A DNA stretch of 32,000 bases, from positions 690,001 to 722,000 of the forward strand of contig NZ_CP040006.1 of assembly GCF_005696695.1 (NCBI RefSeq), written 5' to 3'. The position numbers and the translations under genes were made by a program. Shown one piece after another: positions 15,952 through 24,657 of this stretch (position 1 is the first letter of the stretch; each line of letters begins with the position of its first letter). The notes under the pieces are model-generated. The model saw only the letters and a list, made by a program, of their open reading frames with translations. It was not told where the DNA came from and made no database searches. Origin of the DNA: Schaalia odontolytica (lineage in GTDB: Bacteria > Actinomycetota > Actinomycetes > Actinomycetales > Actinomycetaceae).

Positions 15952-17243
15952 TGACGAACGCGATTTCGGTGGAGGGCGTCTCCAAGCGCTTCCGCATCTA
16001 CAAGAACCGCAACCAGTCCCTTAAGGGCGCGTTCCTGCAGCGGTCGCGCGCGCAGTTCGAGGAGTTCTGGGCTCTCGACGACGTCTCCTTTGAGATCCCG
16101 CAGGGCAAGACCTTTGGCCTGCTCGGACACAACGGTTCGGGCAAGTCGACGCTGCTCAAGTGCATCGCGAAGATCCTCACCCCGGACAGAGGAACGATCT
16201 CCTCGACGGGACGCATGGCCGCCATGCTCGAGGTCGGCTCCGGCTTCCACCCCGAGCTGTCGGGCCGCGAGAACATCTACCTCAACGGCGCGATCCTGGG
16301 CATGAGCAAGAAGGAGATCGACTCCAAGCTGGATGCGATCATCGACTTCTCCGGCGTCGAGCGCTTCATCGATCAGCCGGTCAAGAACTACTCCTCGGGC
16401 ATGTACGTGCGCCTGGGCTTCTCCGTGTCGATCCACGTCGAGCCGGACATCCTCCTCGTCGACGAGGTCCTGGCCGTGGGCGACATGGAATTCCAGAACA
16501 AGTGCATGGACAAGTTCGCCCAGCTCAAGGACCAGGGGCGCACGGTCGTCGTCGTGTCCCACGGCCTCGAGCAGATGCGCACCTTCTGTGACCAGGCCGC
16601 GTGGCTGGATCACGGCACGCTCGTCGACGTGGGCGCGGCCGCCGAGGTCATCGATACCTACTCCGACGTGGCTCACCACGCCGTCGAGGTCGAGGGTGGC
16701 GGTACGCGCTTCGGTAGCGGCGAGGCCATGATCGAGCGCATCGAACTGCTGAACGCCTCCGGCGAGCCCACGTCGCTCGTGTACCCGGGCGATCCCGTGC
16801 GCCTGCGCCTGCACTACCGTGCGAACGAGCGCATCGAATCCCCGGTCTTCGGCGCCTCCATCGACACTCGTGAGGGCGTCTTCGTGTGGGGCCTGCACGG
16901 CATGGACGCCTGCTACGTGCCGACGTCGATCGAGCCGGGCACCGGTCACCTCGACATCGAGATCCCGCGTCTGACCTTCAACCCGGGTGCCTACACGATC
17001 TCCGCGGCCATCCAGAACCACGACATGACCAGCGTCATCGACGCCCTGCAGAAGGCGCGCCGCTTCGACGTCCTGCCAGGCCCAGGCATGGAGTCCGGCG
17101 GCCTGGTGAACCTGGGAGCGTCGTTCACGGACCTGACGCCCGCACGCCCCATGCGTGACGTGCCCAAGCGCGGCGCCGCCGACTACGAGCACCTCGCGCG
17201 CATGCAGGCCCAGCAGGCCGACGCGCTCGAAAACGAGGACTGA
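15951..17243 (+). CDS. ABC transporter ATPase (Wzt/RgpD/TagH-like) with C-terminal Wzt_C-like glycan-binding domain
   Basis: Track ORF 15858..17243 trimmed to ATG 15951 (MTNAISVEGVSKRF). Walker A GHNGSGKST, signature YSSGM, Walker B ILLVDE. Residues 252-395 (RFGSGEAMIERIELLNASGEP...VRLRLHY...PVFGASI...GAYTISAAI) resemble the beta-sandwich Wzt C-terminal domain. Confidence 0.85.
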   Translation: MTNAISVEGVSKRFRIYKNRNQSLKGAFLQRSRAQFEEFWALDDVSFEIPQGKTFGLLGHNGSGKSTLLKCIAKILTPDRGTISSTGRMAAMLEVGSGFHPELSGRENIYLNGAILGMSKKEIDSKLDAIIDFSGVERFIDQPVKNYSSGMYVRLGFSVSIHVEPDILLVDEVLAVGDMEFQNKCMDKFAQLKDQGRTVVVVSHGLEQMRTFCDQAAWLDHGTLVDVGAAAEVIDTYSDVAHHAVEVEGGGTRFGSGEAMIERIELLNASGEPTSLVYPGDPVRLRLHYRANERIESPVFGASIDTREGVFVWGLHGMDACYVPTSIEPGTGHLDIEIPRLTFNPGAYTISAAIQNHDMTSVIDALQKARRFDVLPGPGMESGGLVNLGASFTDLTPARPMRDVPKRGAADYEHLARMQAQQADALENED

Positions 17244-17263
17244 CGGACGCGTCAGCGTTCGAG

Positions 17264-17305
17264 GCCGGGGCCCAGCGGTGTGATGCCGCCGGGCCCCGGC
17301 TTTTT
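17264..17305 (+). terminator. Rho-independent terminator of the polysaccharide operon
   Basis: GCCGGGGCCC (17264-17273) pairs with GGGCCCCGGC (17291-17300). An inner GCGG/CCGC extension is present, and TTTTT follows at 17301-17305. It starts 21 nt after the stop codon. Confidence 0.8.
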
Positions 17306-17393
17306 GTCGAGTTGGTGGCTCAAATGCGCCCGCGTTATGTGAGGAGCGTCCTACACTTATAGGAGAACTGTTTTCCAGCGACAAGGCACTGTC

Positions 17394-19118
17394 ATGGCAT
17401 CGACGCCCACACTCGCCCGCCGCGCACTCGCGCGCGCCCTCACCGCAGCCCTGACCCTCGCGCTCATCGCCCTGCCCGCGCAGGCCCGCGCCGACGCCGG
17501 GGACGAGGCCACACCGCAGTCCGCAGCCGACACTTCCACCGCGGCCCAGTCCGCCTCGCTTGCCGCGCCGTCGGCTTCGCCCAGCCCCGAGGCCACGGAC
17601 GCGCCCGAGCCCGCCACCCCCAGCGCGAGCGACGAGGATCGGGCGGCCCCGGCCTCGTCGGAGAGTGACGAACCCCCGACGATGGACGCGCCAAACGAGA
17701 CCGGGAGGGGCGCGTGGGTGCGCGACTCGATCGGCTGGTGGTGGCGGCGCGCCGACGGCACCTACCCCGCCTCCCAGTGGGTGCGGATTGGGGACGCGCG
17801 CTACTTCTTCTACGACAGTGGCTACATGGCCACCGGCTGGTTTCGTGACCGTGCCGACTGGTTCTTCCTGGCTCCCTCCGGGGCGCTCGTCGGAGGCTGG
17901 CTCTACGACGGCGGCTCCTGGTACTACCTGGATCCCGCCAGTGGCGTCATGCGTACGGGGCTCACGCCCGTGGATGGCACGTGGTACTACCTGGGTTCCT
18001 CGGGTGCGATGCGTACCGGCTGGGAGCACCTCTTCGACGGGTGGCACTACTTCGCCTCCAACGGTGCGCAGATCGGCGGCTGGCTGCGCGACGGGGGCCA
18101 GTGGTACTACCTGGATCCCGACACTGGCGTCATGCGTACGGGTATGACCGGCGTAGATGGCACGTGGTACTACCTGGACTCCTCGGGTGTGATGCGCACC
18201 GGCTGGGTCCGCCTCGCTGACGGCTGGCACTTCTTCGCATCCAGCGGCGCCCAGATGGGAGGCTGGCTGCGCGACGGGGGAGAGTGGTATTACCTCGACC
18301 CCGACACCGGCATCATGCGCACCGCGCCTCTGGAGCTGAACGGCCGCCGCTACGAGTTCGACTCCTCGGGCGCATGGCGCGGGTACGAGGCGCCGGCCGG
18401 CTACCTGCAGCCCACCGACCACATCACGGGCCTCGGGGACGCGACTAACACGCTCACCTGGGGGATGAACGGCACCAAGGTACGTATCGTCCAGGTACGC
18501 CTCGGGCTGTGGCATGCAAACAAACTTGCCTCCGTCGACGCGCCCTTCGTGGCCGCCGTCAAAAACTTCCAGCAGCGCGCAGGCCTGCCCGTCACCGGCG
18601 TCGTTGACAAGGCCACCTGGGATGCGATGGACACCGGCTACCCGTGGACCGTCGACCAGTACCAGGCCACGCCGCTGCCCCTGACGGCCACGCGCTCCGA
18701 GCGGGTCGAGGCCATGATCGGGTACGCGTGGAACCAGACTGGCTCGTCCTACACGTGGGGAGGGGCAGGCCCCTACGACCAGGGATTTGACTGCTCGGGC
18801 CTGGTCCTTCAATCCCTTTACTCCGCGGGCTTGGATCCCCAGCCCATCGACGTCATCAAGCACGCGTGGCCCTCCTACCGCACGTCGCAGGAGCTCTACG
18901 CATACCCGCGCTTCCAGCACGTGCCCCTCTCTCAGCGCCAGCGTGGCGACCTCATCTTCTACACGACGAGCGGCACCGTCACGCACGTCGCGATCTACCT
19001 GGGGGACGACATGGTCGTCCACACGGACTGGATGGGGCGCCCCGCCCGCATGCAGCACATCACCGCCGGATACGGGTGGGACCGCATGACGCCAGACGTC
19101 GTGCGCCCGCTGCCCTAG
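17394..19118 (+). CDS. Secreted cell-wall hydrolase: signal peptide + A/P/S/D/E-rich linker + about 10 CW_binding_1 (choline/cell-wall-binding) repeats + PG_binding_1-like domain + NlpC/P60 endopeptidase
   Basis: 574 aa. Signal peptide MASTPTLARRALARALTAALTLALIALPAQARA. Twenty-residue repeats of the form G.WYYLD..G.M.TGW occupy residues 108-328. VRIVQVRLGL...FQQRAGLPVTGVVDKATWDAM resembles PG_binding_1. The NlpC/P60 catalytic region includes GFDCSGLV, RGDLIFY and THVAIYLG..MVVH. Confidence 0.85.
   Translation: MASTPTLARRALARALTAALTLALIALPAQARADAGDEATPQSAADTSTAAQSASLAAPSASPSPEATDAPEPATPSASDEDRAAPASSESDEPPTMDAPNETGRGAWVRDSIGWWWRRADGTYPASQWVRIGDARYFFYDSGYMATGWFRDRADWFFLAPSGALVGGWLYDGGSWYYLDPASGVMRTGLTPVDGTWYYLGSSGAMRTGWEHLFDGWHYFASNGAQIGGWLRDGGQWYYLDPDTGVMRTGMTGVDGTWYYLDSSGVMRTGWVRLADGWHFFASSGAQMGGWLRDGGEWYYLDPDTGIMRTAPLELNGRRYEFDSSGAWRGYEAPAGYLQPTDHITGLGDATNTLTWGMNGTKVRIVQVRLGLWHANKLASVDAPFVAAVKNFQQRAGLPVTGVVDKATWDAMDTGYPWTVDQYQATPLPLTATRSERVEAMIGYAWNQTGSSYTWGGAGPYDQGFDCSGLVLQSLYSAGLDPQPIDVIKHAWPSYRTSQELYAYPRFQHVPLSQRQRGDLIFYTTSGTVTHVAIYLGDDMVVHTDWMGRPARMQHITAGYGWDRMTPDVVRPLP
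17898..18323 (+). repeat. In-frame tandem 183-bp (61-aa) super-repeat, about 2.3 copies, inside the hydrolase gene
   Basis: The W codon of GGWL(Y/R)DGG recurs at 17898, 18081 and 18264, exactly 183 nt apart. Each unit encodes three 20-21-aa cell-wall-binding repeats (WLRDGG.WYYLDPDTG.MRTG / ..VDGTWYYL.SSG.MRTGW / ....DGWH.FAS.GAQ.GG). Confidence 0.85.
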
Positions 19119-19133
19119 GGCAGAAACGGAAGC

Positions 19134-19165
19134 GGGCCGGCCGTGGAGTGTTCCACGGCCGGCCC
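19134..19165. terminator. Bidirectional terminator hairpin between convergent genes
   Basis: Perfect 14-bp stem GGGCCGGCCGTGGA / TCCACGGCCGGCCC with a 4-nt loop (GTGT). It lies between the stop at 19118 (+) and the stop at 19188 (-). There is no strong U-tract on either side. Confidence 0.7.
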
Positions 19166-19187
19166 GTCTGTCTGAGATAGGGGGTCC

Positions 19188-20231
19188 TCAGCGCCCCAGA
19201 AGGCGACGCAGGATGCGCTTGGGCAGGGACGCCGTACGACGCAGCGACTGCTGCAGGGACGAGCCAGCATCAAGCTGCTCGCGCAGGGCGCTCACCTCTC
19301 CGCGCAGCTCGTGCACCTGCTCGTGCAAGGCCGTCATCGTGTTCAGCATGTTCACGTGCACGAGGTTGAGCGAGGAGTGGAAGCCCGAATCCACGCGCGC
19401 CAGCTCCTCGCGCATCCGGCGGTAGTACTCCGCCGACAGCAGAGCCTGGCCCAGATGCGGGGACGAAGGATCCTCCGTCGCCAGCATCGCGCGCAGGTAG
19501 CGGTCGCGGATATGCAGGTTGTCCCACTTGTGCAGGTACGCGTCCGTGACGACGGAATTGCCCAGGGCCGCGTCCATCGTGTCGCGGTGGTGCCAGTAGG
19601 CCAGCGGCTCGCCATCGATGAAGCCGACCGGCGAGTCCGCCAGGAGGCGCAGGTTGAAATCCCAGTCCGCCTGCGTCTGCAGGGACCCGTCCCAGTGACC
19701 CACGCGGTCCGCAACCTCGCGGCGGATCAGCTGAGAGATCGGCGGCGTGTAGTTCTCCACCATCATGTCCACGAGGGACAGGCCGTAGTTATCCGTCGAC
19801 AGGACCTCGCGCTCGATCTCGATGCAGGTGCCGTCGGCGCGCACGCGCTCGCGGATGATCTCACAGCGGGTGGCGACGCCGCCCGCCTCGGGGTGCTCGT
19901 CCAGGTAGGCGACCGTCTTCTTCAGGAAGTGCGGGTGCCAGGAGTCGTCATCGTCGTGGACCGCGTAGTAGCGGTTGTGCGACGCTGCCAGGCCCGACTC
20001 GAGCGCGGCCTCGCGGCCGTTCGAGACCTCGTTCGTGACGATCGTAATCTTCGAACGTACGGCGCTCTTCTGCTTCTTGACGATCTCGCGGACCTCGGCC
20101 TCGTCGCCGGCGTCGTTGACGATGACGACCTCGTAGTCGTCGAAGGTCTGAGAAGCGATCGATGCGAGGGCACGGGTGAGCATCGCCGGGCGATTACGCG
20201 TGCGCACGACGACGGTGACTGTTGCGCTCAT
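19188..20231 (-). CDS. GT2-family glycosyltransferase with C-terminal coiled-coil/amphipathic tail
   Basis: 347 aa. Motifs: VTVVVRTRNRPAMLTRALASIASQTF, VIVNDAGDE, and the DxD-type VHDDDDSW. The last roughly 75 residues (EELARVDSG...LNTMTALHEQVHELRGEVSALREQLDAG...LPKRILRRLLGR) are heptad-like and end in a basic amphipathic helix. ATG overlaps the upstream stop (ATGA). Confidence 0.8.
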   Translation of the reverse strand: MSATVTVVVRTRNRPAMLTRALASIASQTFDDYEVVIVNDAGDEAEVREIVKKQKSAVRSKITIVTNEVSNGREAALESGLAASHNRYYAVHDDDDSWHPHFLKKTVAYLDEHPEAGGVATRCEIIRERVRADGTCIEIEREVLSTDNYGLSLVDMMVENYTPPISQLIRREVADRVGHWDGSLQTQADWDFNLRLLADSPVGFIDGEPLAYWHHRDTMDAALGNSVVTDAYLHKWDNLHIRDRYLRAMLATEDPSSPHLGQALLSAEYYRRMREELARVDSGFHSSLNLVHVNMLNTMTALHEQVHELRGEVSALREQLDAGSSLQQSLRRTASLPKRILRRLLGR

Positions 20232-21793
20232 GCGGTTTCTTCCTCTTCGGTCGGAGTGGTCGAGGCGGGCACCTCCGCCTGGCGGTTACGCAGCAGGTAG
20301 ATGGCGCTCGCCAGGGCAAGTGCGTATCCCAGGGAGGCCAGGCCCCACAGGGCCATCGGGCTCAGCGGCATGTCGGCCCACCACCACTGGATGTCACCAT
20401 TCAGGTTACCCGGTGCGATCCACCCCATGTGGCGGATCGACAGCAGGCCTCGGACGTAGCGGGCGATCGTCGTGTGCATCGCAACCGCGTCGACGACGCT
20501 CAGGAAGAACACGAACATGACGATCTGGCCGCGGGTCAGCGAGGACTTCTTGATGGCGCAGGAGAGCCAGATGAGTAGCCACGTGCCCAGCAGCGGCAGG
20601 GCGTAGCGCGAGTGGTAGCCGCCGAGGTTGGGGAAGGTCGGAGGGGTTGCGATCAGCAGCGGGATGCCCGCCATCGCGCCGAAGACGACGAAGGCAGCCA
20701 GGATCTTGCGCAGGCTCATCGTGCGTGCCCCGTAGAAGACGACCGCGCCCAGGACGAGGAGGCCAAGGATCGTCGTGTAGCCCGGCAGAGGAGTGTCGCG
20801 CCAGCCGGGGCCGGAGTACAAACCGGTGAAGCCCGCGAAGTACTCGGGCAGGTAGCGGATGTTCATGATCGCGACCTCGATGCGCTCACGCAGGGTCACC
20901 GAGGCCTCGGACTGGGCGATGTGGCCGGACTGGCCGGAGCCGAGCATGCACCAGATGCCGATGACGCTCAGGACGGACGCGATGCCGATCTCGGGTAGGT
21001 GGCGGCGGCGGGCTGCCAGGATGAGGACGCCGAGGGAGGCCACGAAGACGTAGAAGGCGGCGTCGCCTCGCGAGCCGTAGCACAGCAGGGAGGCTAGGGC
21101 GCCCACGCCGAGGAGCGTCCAGCGGCGCCACCCCTGTGCGTTCAGCGCGCCGTAGAGAGCCGCGCCGTAGGTGAAGACGCCCGTGATCGCCCACGAGGAG
21201 GGGTTGTTGGAGGCAATGAAGTACAGTCCCATCGGCGTCCACGCGACGAGCGCGGCCAGCGCGGTCGCGCGGCGGACCTCGCGGGTCGACAGCGCGCAGA
21301 CAGCGCCGATCAGCACGATCGCGATGCCGACGTTGATCGAGCGCATGATCCACACGGAGTGCTCCACGTTGTGGCCCGCGAACAGGTGGTGGAATTGGTA
21401 GAAGCCGTAGGGGTACTGGCCGTCGTTGTATCGGTACGACGGGTACATCGTGTCGTCCGAGTAGTCATGGATGCACGCGTGGGATTTGTCGGGGCTGAAG
21501 GCCTCGCACTGTGCGTGGGACGTGGTCACGGGGGCCATGACGTATAGATCGCCGTCGATCGTGGTCGTGTCGCAGCCCGTGGATTCGATGGGGCGCGGAC
21601 ACCACGTGGAGACGAGGTGGTAGTCGTCGTCCGGAGAGGCGCCCGGAGGAGAGGCGAAGATCCAGCCCGTGGCCACGGAGAGGATACCCAGGGCCAAGAT
21701 GACGAAGGCCAGAGGTCGCGCTGCGGTAGAGACGAAACGATCCCGCGCGGGAGCGAGGTGGTCGACGAGCGCACGTGCCATGAAATGAGCCAA
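20228..21793 (-). CDS. Polytopic membrane protein, DUF2142-like (putative GT-C-fold glycosyltransferase), paralog 2
   Basis: 521 aa with more than 10 hydrophobic segments. PDDDYH follows TM1, and four Cys lie in the first outside loop. Colinear similarity to 4730..6283, for example YP.G.YQF.HLF and NPSSWA.TG. The start could also be ATG 21781. Confidence 0.75.
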   Translation of the reverse strand: MAHFMARALVDHLAPARDRFVSTAARPLAFVILALGILSVATGWIFASPPGASPDDDYHLVSTWCPRPIESTGCDTTTIDGDLYVMAPVTTSHAQCEAFSPDKSHACIHDYSDDTMYPSYRYNDGQYPYGFYQFHHLFAGHNVEHSVWIMRSINVGIAIVLIGAVCALSTREVRRATALAALVAWTPMGLYFIASNNPSSWAITGVFTYGAALYGALNAQGWRRWTLLGVGALASLLCYGSRGDAAFYVFVASLGVLILAARRRHLPEIGIASVLSVIGIWCMLGSGQSGHIAQSEASVTLRERIEVAIMNIRYLPEYFAGFTGLYSGPGWRDTPLPGYTTILGLLVLGAVVFYGARTMSLRKILAAFVVFGAMAGIPLLIATPPTFPNLGGYHSRYALPLLGTWLLIWLSCAIKKSSLTRGQIVMFVFFLSVVDAVAMHTTIARYVRGLLSIRHMGWIAPGNLNGDIQWWWADMPLSPMALWGLASLGYALALASAIYLLRNRQAEVPASTTPTEEEETA

Positions 21794-21865
21794 TCTGTCC
21801 GGGATAGGTACGTCTAATGTACACGAGTCCGGGCGTGGCCCGGCGGGTGCGAGTCCGCCCAGAGG

Positions 21866-22492
21866 CTAGAAAACGACGGGCCAGTGAGGCATGCAGGTCG
21901 TCAGCGTGGCGTGAGCGGTCGTGGCCTCGGCGAGGGCCTGTGTGTAGGCGGGATTGACCTCGGGTTGTTCGCCGCGCTTGAGTGCCGCCTCCGCCGCGTC
22001 GGGATCGGCGAACTCGGGGATTGCGCCGGAGTCGAGGGACGCGTTGCGCTCGACGTAGACCGCGAGGGCCGCCAGGGCCTGCTTGGAGGTCTCGTCCGTG
22101 GCCGCCTGGGTGAGGCGGTCGGAGTAGTCAGTCTTGAAGGCGGCCGCGAAGGCCTCCCACGCGCGGTGGCGTTCGTCCGCGCTGGTTTCCCCCGATCGCT
22201 TGGCCGCCAGAGACCTGTAGGCCTGGCCGGTCTCGGAGCCGTTGAGCGCCTCGGTGAAAATCTCATCCATGGCGGCGCATCCGGGGGAGGCCGCGTGCAG
22301 GGTCGGCATCGCCGAGCTCGACGGCTGGCCGGGGTCTCCCGCGGAAACGGAGGCTGCGGGCGTCGACTGAGCGCTCTGGGTGTCCTCGAGCATGGAGCAC
22401 GAGGCCGTGGAAAGGGCGCAGAGGGCGAGCAGCGCGAGCGAGGGGACGAGACGAGTCACGAGAGGTCCGTTTCTGTTGGGGAATACGTCCAA
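21866..22492 (-). CDS. Putative lipoprotein of unknown function
   Basis: 208 aa. Signal peptide with a lipobox-like LALLALCALSTASC. The mature part is Ala/Glu-rich and helical-looking. I recognise no family motif. Confidence 0.55.
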   Translation of the reverse strand: MDVFPNRNGPLVTRLVPSLALLALCALSTASCSMLEDTQSAQSTPAASVSAGDPGQPSSSAMPTLHAASPGCAAMDEIFTEALNGSETGQAYRSLAAKRSGETSADERHRAWEAFAAAFKTDYSDRLTQAATDETSKQALAALAVYVERNASLDSGAIPEFADPDAAEAALKRGEQPEVNPAYTQALAEATTAHATLTTCMPHWPVVF

Positions 22493-22588
22493 TTTATCAG
22501 CGCACTGTGGCCCCTCACGGGACCTCCAGCGTGGCGAATAGTGACGTATCCGACGGGTAAGTGGAGGTCAGTGGCGGGGAATGCGTGA

Positions 22589-23674
<1,086 letters not shown>

Positions 23675-23678
23675 TTCC

Positions 23679-24653
23679 TTGGATCGCGTGACCCGAGACG
23701 AGGCCGTGCCTCGCCCCCGAGTCACCGTCCTCATGGCCACCTACAACGGGATGGCCGAGGGCGGGGCGTGGCTCGACGAACAGGTGGACTCCGTGCTCGC
23801 CCAGGTGGGCGTGGACGTCCGTCTCGTCGTGTCCGACGACGCGTCGAGCGACGGGACGCGCGCACACCTCGAGGCGCGCGCCGCTGCCGACCCTCGGATC
23901 ACGGTGCTGCCCCAGCGCGACGGTACGCCGGGCGTGACGGGCAACTTCCTGCACCTTTTTACGACGCACGCCCCCGACGGCTCCTACGTCGCCTTCACCG
24001 ACCAGGATGACGTGTGGCACGAGGACAAGTTGAGTTCTCAGCTGGCCCTCATGGCCGATCGTGGGGCTGACGTCGTGTCTTCGAACGTGACGTCCTTCCA
24101 GTGGCTGCCCGACGGGGCAGTGGGGGAGCGTCGCCTCATTCGCAAGTCGCAGCCCCAGCGGGCCTGGGACTTTCTCTTCGAGGCCGCGGGGCCCGGCTCC
24201 ACCTACGTCTTCAGTCCGAAGGCCCACGAGGCTCTCGTGCAGGTGTTGGAAGGCCTCGACTACAGCGAGATCGGCGTGCACGACTGGTATGTCTACGCGC
24301 TGGCCCGCTCAATTGGCCTGACCTGGGTGATTGGTGAGGAACCGACGCTTGAATACCGTCAGCATGGCGGCAATGTGCAGGGCGCGAACTCCGGCTCCGG
24401 GGCGCGTGACGCCCGCATGGCCAAGCTGCGCAACGGCTTCTACCGCAACCAGTTCATTCTGACTGCCCGCACCGCGCAGAAGGTCGGCACGTTCGACGAG
24501 CGCCGCGCGCGCCAGCTGCGCGCCATCCTGCGTGAGCTCGAGGGGCAGGGTGCCGCCTCGAGGCTGCGCTTCGCCCTGCGCTGGCGTCAGATCCGCCGTG
24601 ACCGCATGGAGGGCCTCAAACTCGCTGCTGCGCGAGTCCTGGGCGTGTGGTGA
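23679..24653 (+). CDS. GT2-family glycosyltransferase (RgpB/rhamnosyltransferase-like)
   Basis: 324 aa. TTG start at 23679, with in-frame GTG 23688 as an alternative. Motifs: VTVLMATYNG, VVSDDASSDGT, GVTGNF and FTDQDDVWHEDKL, typical of rhamnosyltransferase-type GT2 enzymes. Confidence 0.8.
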   Translation: MDRVTRDEAVPRPRVTVLMATYNGMAEGGAWLDEQVDSVLAQVGVDVRLVVSDDASSDGTRAHLEARAAADPRITVLPQRDGTPGVTGNFLHLFTTHAPDGSYVAFTDQDDVWHEDKLSSQLALMADRGADVVSSNVTSFQWLPDGAVGERRLIRKSQPQRAWDFLFEAAGPGSTYVFSPKAHEALVQVLEGLDYSEIGVHDWYVYALARSIGLTWVIGEEPTLEYRQHGGNVQGANSGSGARDARMAKLRNGFYRNQFILTARTAQKVGTFDERRARQLRAILRELEGQGAASRLRFALRWRQIRRDRMEGLKLAAARVLGVW

Positions 24654-24657
24654 CCCT

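Noticed and set aside
17470-17700. Ala/Pro/Ser/Asp/Glu-rich stretch near the 5' end of the hydrolase gene, considered as a separate repeat element or a sortase/collagen-like motif.
   Set aside because: I saw no exact periodicity, and no LPxTG motif is present. It is best explained as a disordered linker between the signal peptide and the repeats.
15813-19058. 1081-aa minus-strand ORF, the longest in the track. It spans the ABC ATPase, the terminator and intergenic region, and most of the hydrolase gene.
   Set aside because: It is antisense to two genes with unambiguous motifs (Walker A/B; CW-binding repeats and NlpC/P60). Its translation is R/G/V/A/P-rich low complexity with no recognisable domain. 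This is a typical stop-free shadow frame of GC3-rich coding DNA.
19311-20300. 329-aa plus-strand ORF opposite the coiled-coil GT2. Also 22592..23740 (-) opposite rmlB and 28942..30210 (-) opposite the DUF5719-like gene.
   Set aside because: All are shadow ORFs opposite genes with clear family motifs or coupling, and none has a recognisable domain.
21794-21865. Short hairpin CCGGG-CGTGG-CCCGG (21829..21843) between the lipoprotein gene and DUF2142 paralog 2, considered as a terminator.
   Set aside because: It has only a 5-bp stem and no U-tract, and it lies where the promoter of the downstream operon must also sit. It is too weak to call.
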